Source: Eukaryota sp. GEM-RC1 (taxonomy: Eukaryota). Taken from it: a stretch of DNA of 64,000 nucleotides. A program made the translations under genes and the position numbers. Below are positions 58,380-64,000 of this stretch, piece by piece. The stretch lies in the NCBI GenBank assembly GCA_040285855.1, contig JAUFOQ010000002.1:744001-808000 (forward strand), written 5' to 3'. Below the pieces are notes generated by a model. That model made no database searches. It was not told the origin of the DNA and saw only the letters and a program-made list of their open reading frames with translations. Each line of letters opens with the position of its first letter. Position 1 is the first letter of the stretch.

Positions 58380-60803
58380 TCAATAGTAAAAAGTAAAGGG
58401 GGAAAACGCCACCCCATTAGTACTACTTCTATACTTCCCCTCACTTTCAACCCAGTGAAGCCTTAAAGAGTGAAGAAAAGCGGAGAGACTCTCCATAATA
58501 ACCAACACACCAACAGTAGCAAAAGTCCAAGCAAGAAACGTGACTGAAATCATTAAAGGATTCTTAGTCTTGACTCCAGTAACCAGTAGCATATCCCAAA
58601 AGACATCTGACAAGGCAGCGTGTGACAAGGAAAGTGCCCAGAGTCTGAGGTAGGAGGCGGTGTTAGAAACACATCCAAGGACAAACTCAATAGTGTGGAT
58701 GACTTGGTTAACAACCAGTTCTGGAAAGGGCTGACTGTCACTCGCGTCATCAAGATTCTGATAGCAACCTCTTTTAGATCTATACACAATGATTGGTTTG
58801 GCTAATAACAACCAAAGTATAGACACACCAAACAAAACTAACAAGAATTGTTGAATAAACAATTGGCCTGAGAACAGCGCGTATTCATTTGGAGTTAATT
58901 GTCCCGGACTTAGGAACATGTTGATCAGCATATGGATCAGTGAAGGTGCGTGGAAAGTGTTTTCATAGACCGAGAGCCATTTAATATAGATGGTTAAGAC
59001 TAAGTAACCAAAGACTGACAAAAGCATTGTAACTTCAGGAAGAAACCGGGTGTATATGTCGATTTTCTTGTTGAAGTGTCTGTAGTTGAACATGCTTAGA
59101 ACGAGACCAACAGTCATTTGGAGAACACCAATCACAATAGAGAATTTCATTTTGAAGGAATTAAAAAATAACAAATTTTCCTTAGATATTTTCCAAATCC
59201 AATCAAACCCTATTGGATACACCTTTGACGGGTCTTTAAAACAATCACCAGCTACTGAACACGTATACGACGAAGAAAACAAATGCAATGGTTGCGAGAA
59301 AGCATCGTTAAAGATCAAGCCTACATAGATGGACAGCAAACCCATTATAAACAATATATAACGACCAGTGTACATGTAAGCCATGATATCCCCCAACTTC
59401 TTCCCTTCTAACTTCTTCTCTTGGGAAATCAAGAACCAAGCTGCGACTGCCATCATTAACCCATGACCAATATCAGAAAACATCAGACTGAAGAGGAAGG
59501 GGAAAGTGATTAAGGAGAAGAGCGCAGGGTTGATTTCTCCATACTTTGGAACTCCATAGGAGTCGGTGATTGACTGGAAAATTTTAAATATTTTGCCAGT
59601 TTTGAAATATGTTGGAGGTTCTTCTTTCTGATCAGAAATTTTTAATTCTTCCATGAACGAGGACACTGTTAAACCACTTTCAAAACTTCCTCGTTGTAAA
59701 GCCTCCTTCAATAAATCAAGAGAACTCGTCAGAGTCCAACCATCACTCATGATTAGATCTTGACTGGCATCAAAATTACATTGATTGAGCGCATGAAACA
59801 CTGCTTTTTCCCTATTAATGAACTTAGTCCACGTGTTGATTCTAACCCGCACGTTATCTAAAATCATTCTCTTATGAACCTTGGATTGACTCAAAACTTG
59901 TTCTAAATCTTGAATTCGAAGCTCAACCTCTTGCACTTCCACCACTCTATTAGCAGGGGAAGGACTAATAGGAAAGATTCTTCCTCCCAGAGCTTCACAA
60001 ACCCTTACCATCTTGCCTTTAGCAACTGATCCAGAGTAGAAGCAGAGGAAGACGGTTTTGTTGAGGTCAGGAAGGGTTATGTGTTTGAGGAAGAAGTTGC
60101 CACGGGTGGATCTCCAAAGATTTCGTTGGAAGTCATGGAGTTTGTCTCCTGAAAAGATTCCAACAATGTATCCTAGTTTTGAACCTGCAGTAGGTTCTTG
60201 GGAAGATGGCATTGAATGACCAGTTGATTTGAGAGAAGAAGCTCGATTACGCAAGAGGGGGATGTCAGAACCATCAGATTCAAGTACGGAAGGTATGTCA
60301 AAGGTAGGGGAAGGGGTTTGAGTGGAAGAGTCATCAAGAAGAGAGCCAACAGTGGCGAGGACAGTTTTGTACTCCTCGTTATGGACAAGTTGGTCTTCGA
60401 GAGCCTTGTCGTGGTCGATGAACTGTCTGAGACGAGATTCGAGTTCAGCAAGTTCAACGGATAAGGTGTGGAGAGAGATTGAGGATATAGAAGGAGAAGC
60501 TTCAGAGTCTGATGAAGCTAAAGTAGGAGGGAGTTGGGATCTGAGAAAGGCTAGACGACGTTGCATTTCATCACAAAGTTTGACTTCAGAGACAAAATGA
60601 CGCTGTAAGAGCGATTTGGAAGCATTGAGATCTCGAATTTGATAGCTGTTGATTTCACCGAGTTTGATGAAAGTAGAGTGAGCAGCATCTCTATGGATCC
60701 AGAGTCGCACAGGAACCATAGGTTCACTCCGTAATAAGTCCAAATGAAAGTTGTTCATTTTTGTTGAGGGAAGTGAATAAAAATCGATATCTTTACTAAC
60801 CAT
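58380..60803 (-). CDS. ATP6V0A: V-type ATPase V0 subunit a (Vph1)
   Basis: LLRSEPM, PPTYF, YGEINPA, FPFLFSLMFSDIGHG, NSFKMK, HTIEFVLGCVSNTASYLRLWALSLSHA and LHSLRLHWVE. Alternative start at 60758. Confidence 0.97.
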   Translation of the reverse strand: MVSKDIDFYSLPSTKMNNFHLDLLRSEPMVPVRLWIHRDAAHSTFIKLGEINSYQIRDLNASKSLLQRHFVSEVKLCDEMQRRLAFLRSQLPPTLASSDSEASPSISSISLHTLSVELAELESRLRQFIDHDKALEDQLVHNEEYKTVLATVGSLLDDSSTQTPSPTFDIPSVLESDGSDIPLLRNRASSLKSTGHSMPSSQEPTAGSKLGYIVGIFSGDKLHDFQRNLWRSTRGNFFLKHITLPDLNKTVFLCFYSGSVAKGKMVRVCEALGGRIFPISPSPANRVVEVQEVELRIQDLEQVLSQSKVHKRMILDNVRVRINTWTKFINREKAVFHALNQCNFDASQDLIMSDGWTLTSSLDLLKEALQRGSFESGLTVSSFMEELKISDQKEEPPTYFKTGKIFKIFQSITDSYGVPKYGEINPALFSLITFPFLFSLMFSDIGHGLMMAVAAWFLISQEKKLEGKKLGDIMAYMYTGRYILFIMGLLSIYVGLIFNDAFSQPLHLFSSSYTCSVAGDCFKDPSKVYPIGFDWIWKISKENLLFFNSFKMKFSIVIGVLQMTVGLVLSMFNYRHFNKKIDIYTRFLPEVTMLLSVFGYLVLTIYIKWLSVYENTFHAPSLIHMLINMFLSPGQLTPNEYALFSGQLFIQQFLLVLFGVSILWLLLAKPIIVYRSKRGCYQNLDDASDSQPFPELVVNQVIHTIEFVLGCVSNTASYLRLWALSLSHAALSDVFWDMLLVTGVKTKNPLMISVTFLAWTFATVGVLVIMESLSAFLHSLRLHWVESEGKYRSSTNGVAFSPFTFYY

Positions 60804-61239
60804 TGTTGTATGCTCGGTTCAACACGGTGTTGGAAAATATTGAACACATGTTGAGTGTTTGCGCCAACACGTGTTGGACAAATTCTGAGGAGAACAGAAT
60901 AACTCTCTTCAAGATCAACCAACGGAAAAACACATCTATTTTTCACTTTAAATTGATGTTTCATTCAGTGATTTTTCATGTTACAGTGGAACCAAGTTGA
61001 TAAATTGGAACTGATTTTCAATGATTCCAGAACTGATAACGTGAAGAGCTCATCAATAATTCATACATTTAAGTAAACTTTGGAGTAAACTTGAATTTTC
61101 TACCTTTATTCATTATAGTTTTATCAAGAACAGTAGAAATTTACCCAAATTCAGTGAAGTGACATAGAAGAATGACATATTCAACACGTGTTGAGGTGAC
61201 TCCTAACATAGGTTTTAAAACCATCCGAGTAGAAATGAA

Positions 61240-61568
61240 AACCAATTGAATGTTGACAGGTACAATTCTTTTGTGTTTCAACCTTTTGCGATGTCGATAT
61301 ACGGTAATATTGGATTAGTTGCACAAGATTTTTTAGCTCCCTTTGGTAAATTGTGTTCTGAGTATGGTAAAGTTTTCAATGAAAATTGATGAGTAGGTTA
61401 ACGTTTCCGTTGTTTCGTTCAATGCAAAGATACTATAATTCAATTTTAGGTAAGTTGTTCGGTGATGGACAGAAGGATCATAGTTTAGATACGTTAGTTA
61501 GTGTCTGTTGGTTATTAACCTCTGCTAATGCGTTTATTTCACTGATTGATCATAAACCCCGTTTTTTA
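61240..61568 (+). mobile_element. 3' remnant of CRE-like non-LTR retrotransposon (copy C)
   Basis: AACCAATTGAATGTTGACAGGTACAATTCTTTTGTGTTTCAACC...CATAAACCCCG, near-identical to 51731-52047. Confidence 0.85.
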
Positions 61569-62049
61569 ATATCGGTTAGTTCTATTTACAATCTATCTGT
61601 CATTAATGAGACAATAACAACTCAAGGACTTTGAGTGAAACATCAACTGTTCCTCAGACTCGTCGACTTCCTAAAGGAGTTAAATAGACGTTGTAGTGAA
61701 TACAACTCTGATTGAAAACACTTCTTTGCAGTATTGCTGATCGCAAACAACATAATAGATTGAGCTACCGACGTATTTGGGAGAACAAATCGTGTCAGAT
61801 ACATATTTGAAAAGTAGTGGGTAACATTTTGCTTATGTTCAGGCATAGAAGAGGTTCAGATAGAATTACATTGTCCTCAGCAAGCTCCAATCGATCACTT
61901 TACACTGTATTTCTTCAATCACTACACAATAAATTACTGTTAAAACAGACAAAATAGGACACCAATATATTTGAATACATTGCAATAATATTGTTGATTG
62001 TTTCAACCAACAATAGACATATTGTCGGTAACTCACAGAACAATAAATA

Positions 62050-62152
62050 TAGGGTTGTAATTTGAGTCGAGTCGAGTCAGGCTGACTCACGAAATACAAG
62101 AGAGACTCAACTCGAAACTCGTGAGTTTGACTCGACTCAAATTACAAGCCTA
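62050..62152. mobile_element. Minimal hAT-type MITE (103 bp)
   Basis: TIR TAGGGTTGTAATTTGAGTCGAGTC/GACTCGACTCAAATTACAAGCCTA (23/24); 8-bp TSD AATAAATA at 62042-49 and 62153-60. Confidence 0.9.
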
Positions 62153-62339
62153 AATAAATACATGTTTATTACAATAAATACAATTTAAACACTTGTATAT
62201 TTTTTCTCACCACTGATTCTGACACTGGTGAATTGTGACCATGAATATCACACTTGAAAAATACACCAAACACTATTTAATGTACAAGTATTTTTGTATT
62301 TTTCCAATAAAAACGCCTGTATTTTTACAAGTATGGTGA

Positions 62340-62965
62340 TTATTATTACATCAATGCCTACATCTCTACCAAAGGGTTCCTACATTCAGTGGTCAATGGG
62401 TTTCCCTTTTCCCTAAATGTTATTCTGTTCCCTCACAAAAGTCATTCAACATTCCTAGCTAATGAACACAGTGGAGTTTATAGATATATCATTGTCAACT
62501 CATCAAAACCATGTGTTAATGACAAACAAAACTGATGTTGAGCTGACTCTTTCGAAGGTTTCACACAAACTGCAGGAGTAACACAAGTTGTTGAAAATGG
62601 ACTTTCCACTTCCCCTACAGGCACAATATCCTCGAGATAAATCAGCGTAGCCTACTTCCATAGTAATTGACTTGTCCCTGAAGAGACCTAAGGTGAAACA
62701 ATTGACTGCATACCTTTCTCAATGTATCTAATAGTTGCTAGATCTCCATCAAAGACCATGCGTGCAGTTTCCTTCGGGAAAATGGTCCGTGGAGGTTGAT
62801 CGATCCAGTAACCTTTGATAAACTGAGGATGAGACTCATACCCTGTTCCACTACTTTGGAATTGAGGCGAAGTTCAGCTCTCCTGTTGTCATTGTGGATA
62901 GTGACGGTGTAGCGAGCACAGAAACTCAACCCGATAAAAAGTAGAAGAATTGACAGTTGTCGCAT
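62340..62965 (-). pseudogene. Fragmented secreted-protein gene (pseudogene or assembly-broken)
   Basis: Signal peptide MRQLSILLLFIGLSFCA at 62965. The ORF breaks at 62738 but coding-like composition continues; the 3' end is approximate. Confidence 0.35.
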
Positions 62966-64000
62966 TCAATTAGGAATTTTTCAAGAATAAAGAAAAAACT
63001 TTAAATTAATATATATAAGTAGCGTTCTTGTGAGATCAATTTTGATTTTGCAACAACACCGTTCTTGTGGTAGCGATGCTGAACTTTTAGCTTTCTACTT
63101 CTAGTAATCTGAAGAATTTTTGAAGATTATATTCCACAAATTAGAAGCATAGCTGAAAAATACAAATTAGTCGATTTTTGTATTTTGACTCAGGGAACGC
63201 TAATTAATATTTGTATTGCAATATTTAAATAAATATTGGGAAAACTATAAATACAGTGTATTGGCTATTTCAGAAATGCAATATTTAAATAAATATGATT
63301 AAAGTCATATTCTTAGAGATGAGCACAAAACACACACATTTGACCTGAAATGCCGTTGTTCATCGACGTTAGGTTGTTCCTTATTTATCATTTGTTTCGA
63401 TATCACATTGATGTCAGAAAAACCAATAATACGTAAGGTAAAATAACATGTATCTGGACTATATTTCCATAAATCTTTCCATAAAACTATGACAGCGACA
63501 TGACTGTGTAGCAAAGGTGAACTATTTATTTATATCCAATCACAATATCATATTTGTTTAAATATTCCCTGTTTTGACTGTATTTTTGTAAAATACAAGC
63601 GTGTCTCAACAATGTACTTTCTTGGATTTTTGTATTTTTATATCTCCGTATTTTTGACTGAAATTGATTGCCTATCGTTGTTTGTCGCTCTGAAGATGAT
63701 AGTCAAACATACGAAAGTGCTTCGTAATAGTAAATCCAACAGTTGTGGGTACTTTGTCCAAACTTTGGTTTTCAAGTGATACCTTCAGTACAAAGGGAAA
63801 GGGAAAGATATTTATAAATGAATTATAATGACTATGTAACCATACTAATACCTTTGGCTAACACAAGTGTTTCGTATATCTTTTTCAATAGATTTTGTCA
63901 AACTCATACTGTCTTTCTTGGTACTGGAAGTCAAGCAGACATCAATATAGGCATTTTGGATTAGTAGATTACACTTGTGCTTCAGTTGTTGTGATTATCG

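Noticed and set aside
62255..63660. GTATTTTT/AAAAATAC clusters and a duplicated TGCAATATTTAAATAAATAT
   Set aside because: Probably decayed MITE ends, but I could not define a consistent TIR or TSD.
1..64000. tRNA, rRNA or spliceosomal snRNA genes; antisense ORFs inside long genes
   Set aside because: I recognised no cloverleaf or rRNA/snRNA signature by eye (tRNAscan and Infernal were not run). The antisense ORFs are shadows of real CDSs.

Overview
Gene-dense, AT-rich and essentially intronless eukaryotic DNA using the standard genetic code (TAA, TAG and TGA all end conserved genes). A fused SufC-SufB (SmsCB) gene suggests an anaerobic protist (inference). Recognisable genes: Far11/STRIP, a purine phosphoribosyltransferase, a B-box protein, RalGAP-alpha, a DYRK kinase, SmsCB, a CEP70-like coiled coil, alpha-SNAP, an EF-hand protein, SEL1L/Hrd3, CCDC53, TFIIH p34, Slu7, an Air1-like zinc knuckle, a giant repeat-containing surface protein, a pseudokinase-LRR, an SLC35-type transporter and V-ATPase subunit a. 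Many genes are split by +1 or -1 shifts at homopolymers, most likely assembly errors. The standout locus is 10627-14572. It holds a Fanzor1-type (eukaryotic TnpB-derived) RuvC nuclease with all three catalytic motifs, apparently fused to an N-terminal degenerate PolB/DnaQ-like exonuclease domain and a C-terminal CCHC knuckle. A two-hairpin candidate omegaRNA follows it, and no transposase or element ends are visible. Intergenic DNA holds at least 8 intact or near-intact MITEs (hAT-type with 8-bp TSDs, and TA-flanked types), including two different hAT MITEs stacked at one target site. It also holds three 5'-truncated CRE-like non-LTR retrotransposon ends.
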